Shown here piece after piece: positions 18,967 to 28,639 of a stretch of DNA of 39,198 nucleotides. Positions within the stretch are counted from its first letter, which is position 1. Each line of letters begins with the position of its first letter. The translations under genes and the position numbers were made by a program. Under the pieces are notes generated by a model. The model ran no database searches, was not told where the DNA came from, and worked only from the letters and a program-made list of their open reading frames with translations. The DNA is from a virus (taxonomy: Duplodnaviria; Caudoviricetes): positions 1 to 39,198 of IMG/VR virus record IMGVR_UViG_3300008266_000343. One strand, 5' to 3'.

Positions 18967-21900
18967 TATGCTGATTTCCCTCCAGACAAGACCTTAGTTC
19001 CTTCTTGTCTTGCAATTTCTTTAATTTGTGCGTAAAACTCTTTAGCGTTTGCTGGACTATTTGGAAATTCAATTGATAATGTATTAATAGTAACTGAAGA
19101 TGAAGATGATGAAGATCTAGAAGCATATACTGATCCACCATTTCCATATCTAGGAACTGAATTGATTACTGGTCCGCCCATTCCCATTCTATTAACTCTT
19201 GGCATGCTCATTGGCTTACTTGTAACCATTCCGCCCATTGCAAATGGGGTTACTTGAATAGAACCAGATCTACTAGGATTTCCAAGAATTTTATATCTTT
19301 TACCAGTGCTATCTACAAATGTTGTTCCAGGTACAAGTTTAATTCCTTCATCCATTAATGACTTAGTTGATGTTTGGTAATCCATATACCCTCGTGAACC
19401 AGCTCTTTGAGTTACGGAAATTCCTTGTGATTTTTGAGCTCCACCTGCTTGAACAATTTCTTTAGCTGTAATATAAACCTTATCTGCTTGTAATGATTTA
19501 TCTAAAGTAGTTGGCAGATAATCTTTTGCAAGTTCAAGTGGTGTTTTATCTCTATACGACGGTCTTCCTCTGCGCCCTGGAATTTCAACGTATGTTTTTG
19601 TTCCTTCTGGAAGTGGAACGCCTAATGCTTTTGCTCCACTAACTACTGCTGCTGCATCTCCTCCAGTAATTTTTTCTCCAGCATCCTGCTTAGCTTTATA
19701 GTTTGTAATTGCTGAGTTATATGCCTCAACCTTGCCAATTAAAGCATTAAGTTCTCCTGTGAGAGACGATAAAGATTTTGCTGCTAAAGCAGATTTATTT
19801 GCAAGATCTTCGGTTTTCTTTGAAAGAGCATCTCTTTGAGCTTGAAGTTTTTTAATATCTAAAGCTTCTTTTTCATCAATAGCTCTTGTTGCTTGAGTTA
19901 CTTGTTGTTGTCTATTTAATGATTGAATATCAAGTTGTGCTTGTGCAGCTCTTGACATATCTCCAGAAGATAATGCTTCTTGATATTCTAATTGTTTCTT
20001 TTTTATTTGTGTTAATACATCTTCATCTTGTTGTTGTTGAGACAATGCTTTTCTTCTTGCATCTGCCTCTTCTTTAATTTTTGCAATTCTAGCATCAATT
20101 GCTTCAATAGCTTTCTTTGAATCAATTTGTTGTTTTACGGTTTGTCCTTGAGCCGCTGCTGTTGCTTTTTTAATTGCTTCCTGCAATCTATTCATCTCAA
20201 CGTATTGAGATTTTAATGCTCCATCTCTATTTTCTTTTTCTACAGTAGAAGCTATGCGGTTATACATAGTGTAGAATGCTGCCATCTCACGAGCACCCAT
20301 TGATAGATCTCCAGTGTATCCTTGTGCAGCAAGACGCATCTTTGTCCATAAACTTAATACTGTATCTTGTTCTGTAGCAAAATCTCTTATGAGTGGATTT
20401 TGTTTGGCTAGCTCATTTATTAATTCTGTTGTAAGTTTCTTTTGTCCCTTAACACTAGAATTAATCTGATCCATCATTTGTTTTTCAGCTGCATATCTAC
20501 CAATAACTTCTGTTTTTCCAGTCTTATCCGCCTTAGCTTTCTTTTCGCTATTAGATACAATTTCTTGTAAGCTTGCATCTACAGCAGTTAATGCAGTGTT
20601 AAATGCTTGAGCCTGAGTTTTAGCATTTTCAAATTGAGTAGCTTTATTAAATGATTGCATTGCATTTGTTACTGCAGTTTGAGCGTCAATTATTTTATTA
20701 AAATTAAGGTTTCCAACTGTTGATGCTGCTGCTGATACTGCCTTATTTGATAATGTAAATGCTATATAAATCTTTTTAGCAGCTTCATCTGCAGACATAC
20801 CTGCAGCAATAAATTGAGTCTTTAATCTTTCTGCCATAGAAGCAAGATCTCCGCTTTCAGCATCATTAATTGCCTTTACGTAGTCAGACATTGTAGACTT
20901 AACTTCTTTTCTAAGCTTCTTGTATTCTTCAATAGTCATCTTTATAGGCTTGCCAGCACTTGCCATGCTTTCATAAAGAAGTTTATTTCTTTCTGTAACA
21001 GCCTTTATATTATTAATTGAATCTTTTATTTTAGCATTATAGTCTGTAAATTGAAGACCAGCTTTTTGTGCTGCTTCAGCAGTCATTCCATAACTTAAAG
21101 CATTAAGTCTAAGACTTTCCTGATGTTTTTGCCATTGCTTATATCCTATTACTGCTGCTGATGTAACTCCAGCCAAAACTAAATTTGTTTTTGTTAGTCC
21201 GCCGACAAGAGTCATTAATACCTTTGAAACTTTAGATCCTTGTGCTGCTGTATTTGCTAATGATGCTGCAAATCTAGTGTTACCTACTACCGACTTATCT
21301 AGTTTATTACCATAGAATCCGTATGCTTCTTCTGAGCCTCTTCCTAAGCCTCTTCCCATTCCGCCCATCATCATCATTGGAGCCATTGAGCCCAGCATTC
21401 CACCTACATAAGATCCAGTTTCTCCGCCAAACTTAGATCCTATCGCAGAACCTCCTTGGTATCCAAGCAGTCCCATTAAAGATGATGCGATAAGTCCACC
21501 TGCATTATATTGTCTACGTGCTGGAATTAATCCGCCGACTAATCCACCAGAGTTGTATCCCATTCTCCATTTTTTCTTTAAAGCTTCGCTTTGTGGATCT
21601 CGTCCAATATACCTTGGGTTTGACCATCCATTTGCTAATTTTCGTAATGGCATTCCAAGAAATGCTTTTCTACCATGTGAGGGCATTGAATATTGCTTTG
21701 GGTTTATACCGCCAACTGCAGTGTTGTGACTTCCAACCATATGGCCCATTGATTGTCCAATTAAGCCTAGGTTTTGTTCAAATTCTCTATCTGTAAAATG
21801 GGCAAAAGCCTCTCCACCTGTTCCAGTCTTGTATCCACTTTTTCTTCCGCCTGGAGCCCTTAGTCCTGTAGGACTTCCTCCACCTCTTCTATCTGCTTCT

Positions 21901-24900
21901 GCCTGTGTTTCTCCAACTCTAGGAGTTTTTCTTGTATCTCTTCTTCCAGGAGTCATTCTATCTTTTTGATATGCTAAAGATATTCCTGGGAGTCTGCTTT
22001 CAAGAGCTCTGATTTCTTTATCTATAACAGAAAATGATACTTGACCTAACATTGCATCGTTATAAGAATCTCTTGGGTCTATTGATTCTGTAATTTTTTT
22101 AGCTACGTTAGACTGAATTCTTTTAATTTCTTTTGCAGGAACTCCTACGTGAGCTAAAAATTCTCCAACGGATGTTTGTCTAGAAGGATCTTGTGTGTAT
22201 TTTATTAGCTCTGAGCCTTTTACGCTCTTGTTGCCAGCAAGTCCACTGTTGATGCCTTTTGGTAAAAGCATTCCCCAGTTACCAAGAAGTCTTGCTGACT
22301 TTGTAGATCTTGATGAAATTTTGAATGCGCTAAGAATTGAGTTTGCTATTTTTGCTGATACGTATCCACCCATGTTGTATCCAGATCCCTGTGCTCCTGG
22401 ACCATTAATGGCATAAAGTGTTCCTAAATTGGCATTAGCTGTTTGAGGATCAATTACTGCCTCACCAGGTGTTAGCATTACTGGAACCTGTCCGCCCATA
22501 TTCATTCCAAGCATTGGTGCAATGATGTCCATATTTTGTGCGGTAGCTTGTTTGTTTACAACAAATGCACCTTCTGGAAGAGTTGTTGGATAAGTATCAG
22601 AGTTTCCAACTCCTGGAACAATACCTCCAGTTGCCATCTTTTTAGGTATTGTTGTTTCTGTAGAATAGCCTCCACCAAATGTTCTTACTCCCAAAACCCT
22701 AGCAATAGTATCAAGAATCCTTGCGGATGGACGTTTGGCTCTAAATAATTCTTTTATGTTAGCTTTGCCCTTTGAGCTAACAACTGGTTGATCTATTAAT
22801 GGAACTTGTGTTAAATTTACAGTTCTTCCTAAATCTGCTGCAACTTGTGTTGTTGTTTGAGCCATCATTGTTTCAAGTTGAGCATTTACTGCAATAATTC
22901 TTGCTTTTGCAGCTTCTACAGTAATTTTACCAGCTTGTAATTCAGCAACAATTGCAGCTGACTGTGCTGCAGCATTGCTTGTTAATTTTGTCATATGTGG
23001 CAATAATGAACTGAATGTTGTATTAATTTCTGTACTAAAGGTGCCAGTTGTAGCAATTTCTTTTTTAAGAGCTGCAACTTCAGATTTTGTTAACATAGCA
23101 AGTGATCCTAGCATTGCATGCCATTTAGCTGCTTCGCCTGCAACTATACCTGTAGATGCTCCTCTAGATGTTGTTAGTCCTTCAATTCTTGGAAGGTCGC
23201 CTTCTGTAAATATTTGTGGAACGGCACCAATTTTTTGATTTAATGGAATTGGGGCTGGAGTAAATGAATGGATTGTTTGTGAAAGTCTTTCTCTTTCATT
23301 CATTATAGATCTTGGAATATGATGCGCTGCCGCTCTAGTTCCTGGAGCTCCAACTAATGGGTGTGCTGGATTTACAACTCTTGGTCCTCCGCCAGCCATA
23401 ACAACATTTCCAGCAATTGTAGATATTCCTGGGTTTACTGCAATTGCAGCTGAATTAGCTTTTTGCTGGAGTACTGTAAATTCTCCAGACAGTCCAGCAA
23501 TTGCTTGTTTTAATACTGCGGCTGCTTTAGCATCACTATAAAATGTTTGTTCTACTAAATCTCCAGCTCTTTGTGCTGCTAAAATTTCTGGAGTTAATAA
23601 CTTCCATCCTTCTCCGCCTTTGAATAGTGCTCTCATGTGAGATACACCCTTGATAATATATCCAAAGAAGTTTCCTAGAACACCAGTTAACATAATAATT
23701 GGTCCAGCTGCTGCTGTAAACATACCCAATACTCCAAGAATTTTCTTTATTGGATCTGGAAGTTTTTGAACAAACTTTAAGATTCCATCTATAAAATTAA
23801 TAAGATGTGTATTGATATTTAAGAATTGATCTCCTACTGCAGCAAGGTCTGCCTTGAGTCCTTCTAATGCTCTACGATATCTACCAGAAGCAGACTCAGT
23901 TACTTGTGCTAATTCTCGACCTGCTAAGTTTGCTAAATCTTGACTACTTGCCTTCATTAAATCTAATACCGCAAGCGTCTGACTTCCCTGTCTTCCAAGG
24001 TTTTCAAACAAAGCATTCATACGAGCAAACTGGAACTTACCAAATAGTTGTTCTAAAGCCTGTTGTTTTTGTAATGGGTTTAATGTATCAAGCGCTGCCT
24101 GAAGCTCTAATATTGTTGCTGTTGTGTCACCAGCATTTTTTTGAACTATATCTTTTAAGTTAATACCAAATCCTGCAAATTTATCAAGGGCAACATTTGT
24201 TGGATTAATTAAAGAAGCTAATGCTGACTTTAATGCGTTAGCACCTTCTGATGCAGATATGCCACCTTCACGCATAGCTGTTAAATAAAGAGCTAAGTCT
24301 TTTACGTCTCCGCCAAGACCTTTAACAATTGGTCCAGCTTTTGGAATAGCTTCAACTAGATCGTTTAGTGTTGTTGATGTTTGGTTTTCAACTGCGTTAA
24401 GGAAGTTGATAGATGCGGTTAATTCTTCGGTATTAGATTTAAAAGCAGTTTGAATTGCCAGGGTAGCCTTCATTGCTTCTTGTCTATCTACTTCACCAAG
24501 AACTGCTAAACGTGTTGTTTCTTGAACTGACTTTAATAATTCATTTCCAGTTTTTCCAGTTGCTGCAATATCTGCTGCTAAACCAATAGTCTCTGTAAAA
24601 CTAGATCCCATTGATTTTGAAATTTCACGTGCTGTTGCTATTACATCTTTTCTAACTTTTAATAATTCTGCACTTGATGTTTGTGATATACCGCCATAAA
24701 CCTTTGTTAAACGAACTAATTGTTCATCAGCTGTTCTAAATGCATCTGCTGATGCTTTTCCAAATGCCGCCATTGGAACAGTTAAACCTACAGTTAATTG
24801 ACGTCCAGCCCACTGAGTATTTTTACCCCAGTTAATTAATTGATTAGCGCCTTCTTGAACAACCTTGTTCATAATTTGCAATTCTTGTCTTGCAATTGCA

Positions 24901-25352
24901 GTCTTATTCTTAATTAAATCAATGCCTCTTGGAATATGAACATTGTACTGCATTAAACCTTCAGCATTTCTGCCAAGTGGTTGTAGTACTGCGTTCTGCA
25001 TTTGTACTTGTTGTTTAGCTAAATCTCTTATTAATCCGCCGTTTGTTTTGGCATGCTGTGCATATACCCTGAAGAACTGGCCAAGCTTCATCTGGCCTCT
25101 GTCTAATTGTTGTCCAAACTTATCTACATCAGAAGTTAAGCTAACAAAATGTGTAGAAAATTGACCAGTACTTCTAAGCGTATCTGCAAAGGATCTATTC
25201 ATGACCGCAACTTGTGCGGCTAATGTCTTGTTTGTTGCTTGTAACTTATCTTGTAATTTACTTAACGCTGAAGAAACCTTATTAAGATCTGTAATAAGAT
25301 TTGAAAAGTCCGAAGTTGCGACTATATTCGTGACTATTTGTTCATCAGCCAT
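18966..25352 (-). CDS. Tape measure protein
   Basis: 2128 aa, Ala/Lys/Gln-rich helical; TP901-type core (GRQLTVGLTVP...GANALKSAL...LEQLFGK), hydrophobic Gly-rich segments; follows the tail chaperones. Confidence 0.93.
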   Translation of the reverse strand: MADEQIVTNIVATSDFSNLITDLNKVSSALSKLQDKLQATNKTLAAQVAVMNRSFADTLRSTGQFSTHFVSLTSDVDKFGQQLDRGQMKLGQFFRVYAQHAKTNGGLIRDLAKQQVQMQNAVLQPLGRNAEGLMQYNVHIPRGIDLIKNKTAIARQELQIMNKVVQEGANQLINWGKNTQWAGRQLTVGLTVPMAAFGKASADAFRTADEQLVRLTKVYGGISQTSSAELLKVRKDVIATAREISKSMGSSFTETIGLAADIAATGKTGNELLKSVQETTRLAVLGEVDRQEAMKATLAIQTAFKSNTEELTASINFLNAVENQTSTTLNDLVEAIPKAGPIVKGLGGDVKDLALYLTAMREGGISASEGANALKSALASLINPTNVALDKFAGFGINLKDIVQKNAGDTTATILELQAALDTLNPLQKQQALEQLFGKFQFARMNALFENLGRQGSQTLAVLDLMKASSQDLANLAGRELAQVTESASGRYRRALEGLKADLAAVGDQFLNINTHLINFIDGILKFVQKLPDPIKKILGVLGMFTAAAGPIIMLTGVLGNFFGYIIKGVSHMRALFKGGEGWKLLTPEILAAQRAGDLVEQTFYSDAKAAAVLKQAIAGLSGEFTVLQQKANSAAIAVNPGISTIAGNVVMAGGGPRVVNPAHPLVGAPGTRAAAHHIPRSIMNERERLSQTIHSFTPAPIPLNQKIGAVPQIFTEGDLPRIEGLTTSRGASTGIVAGEAAKWHAMLGSLAMLTKSEVAALKKEIATTGTFSTEINTTFSSLLPHMTKLTSNAAAQSAAIVAELQAGKITVEAAKARIIAVNAQLETMMAQTTTQVAADLGRTVNLTQVPLIDQPVVSSKGKANIKELFRAKRPSARILDTIARVLGVRTFGGGYSTETTIPKKMATGGIVPGVGNSDTYPTTLPEGAFVVNKQATAQNMDIIAPMLGMNMGGQVPVMLTPGEAVIDPQTANANLGTLYAINGPGAQGSGYNMGGYVSAKIANSILSAFKISSRSTKSARLLGNWGMLLPKGINSGLAGNKSVKGSELIKYTQDPSRQTSVGEFLAHVGVPAKEIKRIQSNVAKKITESIDPRDSYNDAMLGQVSFSVIDKEIRALESRLPGISLAYQKDRMTPGRRDTRKTPRVGETQAEADRRGGGSPTGLRAPGGRKSGYKTGTGGEAFAHFTDREFEQNLGLIGQSMGHMVGSHNTAVGGINPKQYSMPSHGRKAFLGMPLRKLANGWSNPRYIGRDPQSEALKKKWRMGYNSGGLVGGLIPARRQYNAGGLIASSLMGLLGYQGGSAIGSKFGGETGSYVGGMLGSMAPMMMMGGMGRGLGRGSEEAYGFYGNKLDKSVVGNTRFAASLANTAAQGSKVSKVLMTLVGGLTKTNLVLAGVTSAAVIGYKQWQKHQESLRLNALSYGMTAEAAQKAGLQFTDYNAKIKDSINNIKAVTERNKLLYESMASAGKPIKMTIEEYKKLRKEVKSTMSDYVKAINDAESGDLASMAERLKTQFIAAGMSADEAAKKIYIAFTLSNKAVSAAASTVGNLNFNKIIDAQTAVTNAMQSFNKATQFENAKTQAQAFNTALTAVDASLQEIVSNSEKKAKADKTGKTEVIGRYAAEKQMMDQINSSVKGQKKLTTELINELAKQNPLIRDFATEQDTVLSLWTKMRLAAQGYTGDLSMGAREMAAFYTMYNRIASTVEKENRDGALKSQYVEMNRLQEAIKKATAAAQGQTVKQQIDSKKAIEAIDARIAKIKEEADARRKALSQQQQDEDVLTQIKKKQLEYQEALSSGDMSRAAQAQLDIQSLNRQQQVTQATRAIDEKEALDIKKLQAQRDALSKKTEDLANKSALAAKSLSSLTGELNALIGKVEAYNSAITNYKAKQDAGEKITGGDAAAVVSGAKALGVPLPEGTKTYVEIPGRRGRPSYRDKTPLELAKDYLPTTLDKSLQADKVYITAKEIVQAGGAQKSQGISVTQRAGSRGYMDYQTSTKSLMDEGIKLVPGTTFVDSTGKRYKILGNPSRSGSIQVTPFAMGGMVTSKPMSMPRVNRMGMGGPVINSVPRYGNGGSVYASRSSSSSSSVTINTLSIEFPNSPANAKEFYAQIKEIARQEGTKVLSGGKSA

Positions 25353-25361
25353 TTAGCTATA

Positions 25362-25730
25362 TTACTCCTTAGAGTATCCTAATCCTGCTCCAATACCAAA
25401 TCCAGCTTCTGCTGCATATGGACCTTGTAATGAAACAACATCATCTTGTGACGTATTTATTCCAAGAGCCCTTTTCTTGATATCGTCGAAGGTAGGACCT
25501 TCTTCTTTTGTTTCTTCATTTAAGTTTATGCCCTGAAGAGATGCTAGAAATTTTCTTTTCTCTTCTTCAGTTTTTTGCATAGACTTAAAAGTTTGTATAA
25601 GTTCTGGCATTGAAAGATTGTCTTCTAGTTCGTCGTAATTTTTCCAATTACCTAAAAGAAAAACTTCCCCCAATAAAGCGGCTAGATCGAGTTCTGACCA
25701 GCTAGAACTGCTGCCGCTCCCAGGTTTGGG
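25362..25730 (-). CDS. Tail assembly chaperone, -1 frame extension (G-T fusion part)
   Basis: The -1 frame opens just before CCCAAAC (25730-25724) and reads ...PGSGSSSSWSELDLAALLGEVFLLGNW... to the stop at 25362. Confidence 0.8.
   Translation of the reverse strand, partial: PKPGSGSSSSWSELDLAALLGEVFLLGNWKNYDELEDNLSMPELIQTFKSMQKTEEEKRKFLASLQGINLNEETKEEGPTFDDIKKRALGINTSQDDVVSLQGPYAAEAGFGIGAGLGYSKE
25677..25730 (-). promoter_or_regulatory. -1 programmed ribosomal frameshift signal
   Basis: In-phase C CCA AAC heptamer, 5-nt spacer, then a hairpin (AGCGGC/GCCGCT outer stem, AGTTCT/AGAACT inner stem). Confidence 0.8.
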
Positions 25731-26020
25731 TCGTCAAGCTTAATTCCTCCGCAGACTTCAAGAATACGATTGATGGTTGGCATATCTAATGCACCTTCAA
25801 GCTTATCCATGTCTGCAGCTAGTTCTGGTAGTTGTGACTCAATCGCAACCGCACATGCCTCAATTAATATAGTTAGTGTTTCATCTTCTGTTTGAGATGT
25901 TGCTGTTTTAGCAATTGCTGCCATAAATTTTCTTAGAGCCTTAATTGTTAAGGGCTTTAATTTAACCTTATCACCATTCTGTAAGGTGATCTCTTCTACG
26001 TCGTATACTGTTGTAGCCAA
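25682..26020 (-). CDS. Tail assembly chaperone (G-like)
   Basis: Lies between the tail tube and TMP genes; AAGGAGG RBS, TTG start; VKLKPLTIKAL motif. Confidence 0.85.
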   Translation of the reverse strand: MATTVYDVEEITLQNGDKVKLKPLTIKALRKFMAAIAKTATSQTEDETLTILIEACAVAIESQLPELAADMDKLEGALDMPTINRILEVCGGIKLDDPNLGAAAVLAGQNSI

Positions 26021-26046
26021 TTTATCCTCCTTGGATAGTCTTAATC

Positions 26047-26075
26047 ATTATACTAAACTTGATTTAATAATACAA
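26047..26075 (-). promoter_or_regulatory. Promoter for chaperone/TMP genes
   Basis: TTGTAT-17 nt-TATAAT. Confidence 0.6.
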
Positions 26076-26079
26076 GCAG

Positions 26080-26101
26080 AAAACCCCCATTTCTGGGGGT
26101 T
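26080..26101 (-). terminator. Intrinsic terminator after the tail tube gene
   Basis: AACCCCCA-GAAA-TGGGGGTT followed by TT. Confidence 0.75.
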
Positions 26102-26125
26102 CCTGTTAATAATTTAATTAAATTA

Positions 26126-26824
26126 TTACGCTATTACACGGTCAATAATCTTACCGTATTCTGAGCCAACGTAGCTTGAGCTACCTGAAGGCAAAAGACG
26201 GAAGGTTACTGGGAATGTAGTTGGTGTGCTTCGTGCCAAAGAAAACTGTGACTGTTGCACTGACAAAACACGACGTGCATAATATACACGCTCTGTATTT
26301 GGAGTTGCTGAAGTTGTTGGAGCTTGTCCAACAGCAATTAGCTGACGCTCTGTAGGAGCTGCACCAAGTGCACCTGCCTCAAGTCCAAGTGTTGAACCGC
26401 TTAGAGTATCTGACTTCTGTCCGAAAACAACTAGAATATTTTCTAGTGTACCTTCTGACATTTCTGTTGCGATCATAACTTCCATCGCAGACTTGAACAG
26501 CTTAGCTGTATCTAGCAACTGATCTACTGTTACTGAATCGTATGTTGGGTTATATGTGATCTGAAGACCGTTATTTGTATAACCTACGTTACGGTATGCA
26601 AATGTCTCAGCTGTTGTTGCAGCTTCTACATCAATATTATTTAATGTTGTTGTATATGATGCATTTGCGTTAAATGCTGGAACCTTAACGGCTGCCGTAT
26701 TACGACCATCGCCTGGTTCTGCATCTTCAGTATACCAAGTTTCTGTAATATCAGCATTTGATAAGAATAGTGGTGATGCGCCTACAAGAATATTGCGGGC
26801 ATTACCTGTATTTTGAATTGCCAT
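26126..26824 (-). CDS. Major tail tube protein
   Basis: NILVGA...VGYTNNGLQITY...VDQL...TEMSEGTLENI...FPVTFRLL siphophage tube pattern; ATG 26824 after GGAGGTGG; followed by a terminator. Confidence 0.85.
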   Translation of the reverse strand: MAIQNTGNARNILVGASPLFLSNADITETWYTEDAEPGDGRNTAAVKVPAFNANASYTTTLNNIDVEAATTAETFAYRNVGYTNNGLQITYNPTYDSVTVDQLLDTAKLFKSAMEVMIATEMSEGTLENILVVFGQKSDTLSGSTLGLEAGALGAAPTERQLIAVGQAPTTSATPNTERVYYARRVLSVQQSQFSLARSTPTTFPVTFRLLPSGSSSYVGSEYGKIIDRVIA

Positions 26825-26893
26825 GTTTATTTCCACCTCCTGTGGTTTCTAAAAATTTTGTTTGGCTGGCTAGGCTCTTTTCCTCTTAGTCCA

Positions 26894-26922
26894 ATTTTAA
26901 GCCATAATAGGCTATAAGGCAA
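26894..26922 (-). promoter_or_regulatory. Promoter for the tail tube gene
   Basis: TTGCCT-17 nt-TAAAAT. Confidence 0.6.
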
Positions 26923-26923
26923 A

Positions 26924-27436
26924 TTATGAAAATCTACCTACTGAATCAACCATCCTTGAATATTTGACCTCTAAAATAACGTCTGTTGAGAAGAAACCCT
27001 GAAGCTCTTCTGAAGGCTCTGTAGGGGATATGTCTGCAATGAATATACTATAAAATTTAAATTTATCTGACAGCCCAGACCATCTATTTATATCTCTGGC
27101 AGACTCGTCCATTCTTCTAAATTCATCCATCATAAAGTTTCTAATTTCATTAATTTCTGATATGTCTGTTGAGTATATTGTAAATAATATTTGCTCACAG
27201 CAAACCATCCAGTTGTCCTCATAGGAAGACCCTATTTTATCGTATACAATATGTTTCTTTCCGCTTAAAAACTGATTCATTTCTGGAGCTTGCTGAACTG
27301 GAAGTATTGGAATTATGGATTCTCCAAGGTTATCGCTATAGTAATCTTCGTCATCAAATATATTTAATGTGGTCAATCTACCCCATAGGAACTTTCTTAG
27401 TTCTAACATTGCGTCTAATTTATAATTAACTGTCAT
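26924..27436 (-). CDS. Probable tail terminator protein
   Basis: Acidic 170-aa ORF directly upstream of the tail tube gene; positional call. Confidence 0.6.
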   Translation of the reverse strand: MTVNYKLDAMLELRKFLWGRLTTLNIFDDEDYYSDNLGESIIPILPVQQAPEMNQFLSGKKHIVYDKIGSSYEDNWMVCCEQILFTIYSTDISEINEIRNFMMDEFRRMDESARDINRWSGLSDKFKFYSIFIADISPTEPSEELQGFFSTDVILEVKYSRMVDSVGRFS

Positions 27437-28221
27437 ATCATTGACCCTCCAAATGACTGTGCTACTGATGCATCCGCCATTGATCTAATTGTATTTGGGG
27501 CAAATGAATACTGAACCTTTTTTATTGGTGCTGGCAATTTCATGGCCTTTGTCAGGGCAGAATTAAATATCTTTTGAAATCCAGATGCTTTAATAGATTG
27601 ATTAACTAATTGACTTCTAAAAAATATACTATACTTTAATGTAAATTGATTTTTAACACTGCTTCCTCCAGGCCTCTGAACGGTCACTGAGGCCCCTTTT
27701 GGCATAAAGATAGTTTCACCATTAGAATCAAATACTAGCCTCTCAGAATGGCGTGGAGCAATTTTAAGGGGCATTCCAGCTTCCATCACAGATGCTTTAT
27801 TTGCAAATACGTGTCTTCTTCTTCCTTCTGGTGCTGGGACGAATGATTGAGATAATTTATACTCATAAGATACCTTAAATGAAATTCCTTCTCCATCTAA
27901 CATTCTTAGATTAAATAGTCTTGCTTCTGGCTCTCCAACTTTTTTCCATTCATACATATGGTGTAAAGATCTTGGTTTCATTCTTGCCTGACTATCTACA
28001 TAATTTCCAAAATCATTTAATATCTGAGAAAATATTACGGATTTAAATTTATCTTTAAATTGTTTGCTTGAACTTAATTTAGCTACAACATTTGCCTGAT
28101 AGTAAATTGCAGCAGATATCTGAGCCACATTACTATCTTTCATCATGGCATCTCTTGACCCGCCAACCATTAGTCTTTCTAAGCTGCTAGCTGTTTGAAC
28201 AAGAAGTCTACTAGAGTCCAA
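27433..28221 (-). CDS. Probable neck/tail completion protein
   Basis: Basic 262-aa ORF (LKIAPRHSERLVF...SVTVQRPG) between the stopper and terminator positions. Confidence 0.55.
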   Translation of the reverse strand: MDSSRLLVQTASSLERLMVGGSRDAMMKDSNVAQISAAIYYQANVVAKLSSSKQFKDKFKSVIFSQILNDFGNYVDSQARMKPRSLHHMYEWKKVGEPEARLFNLRMLDGEGISFKVSYEYKLSQSFVPAPEGRRRHVFANKASVMEAGMPLKIAPRHSERLVFDSNGETIFMPKGASVTVQRPGGSSVKNQFTLKYSIFFRSQLVNQSIKASGFQKIFNSALTKAMKLPAPIKKVQYSFAPNTIRSMADASVAQSFGGSMI

Positions 28222-28639
28222 TTTGTTGGTTCTCCGATCTCTTCATTGTTGTGTTCCATGCAATGACTTCGCCAAACGGATCTGTTATAGGAGTTGATCC
28301 CATTACTTCAAATACGGTTGGGGTTTCTGTTGGAAAATTAATTTCTGACCAAATTACTAGGCCATCTTTATTTCTTACGTTTGTAACCTTTTCTCTAAAA
28401 AGAACTCGCTCTAATGTTCTAACCTGAATTACCTGTTCGTTAGAATACTTATTAGACATTATTTGTTTGTCGCTTGATCTTGTTGTGGCAGAATTGCTAA
28501 TAATTCCTTTAGCATGACAGTCTATTGTTTTATAATAATTCCACTGTTTTACTATGGCGCCAGTGTCTGGATCTTGTAAGTCTGATTGTCTATATACATC
28601 CATTTTCATAGACAGAACGGAGTCTATAAGATCGTACAT
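28211..28639 (-). CDS. Probable head-closure (stopper) protein
   Basis: DVYRQSDLQDPDTGAIVKQW N-terminus typical of head-tail joining proteins; position. Confidence 0.6.
   Translation of the reverse strand: MYDLIDSVLSMKMDVYRQSDLQDPDTGAIVKQWNYYKTIDCHAKGIISNSATTRSSDKQIMSNKYSNEQVIQVRTLERVLFREKVTNVRNKDGLVIWSEINFPTETPTVFEVMGSTPITDPFGEVIAWNTTMKRSENQQIGL

Noticed and set aside
25362-25673. Independent 103-aa gene starting at TTG 25673
   Set aside because: No RBS; better explained as the -1 frameshift extension of the upstream chaperone.
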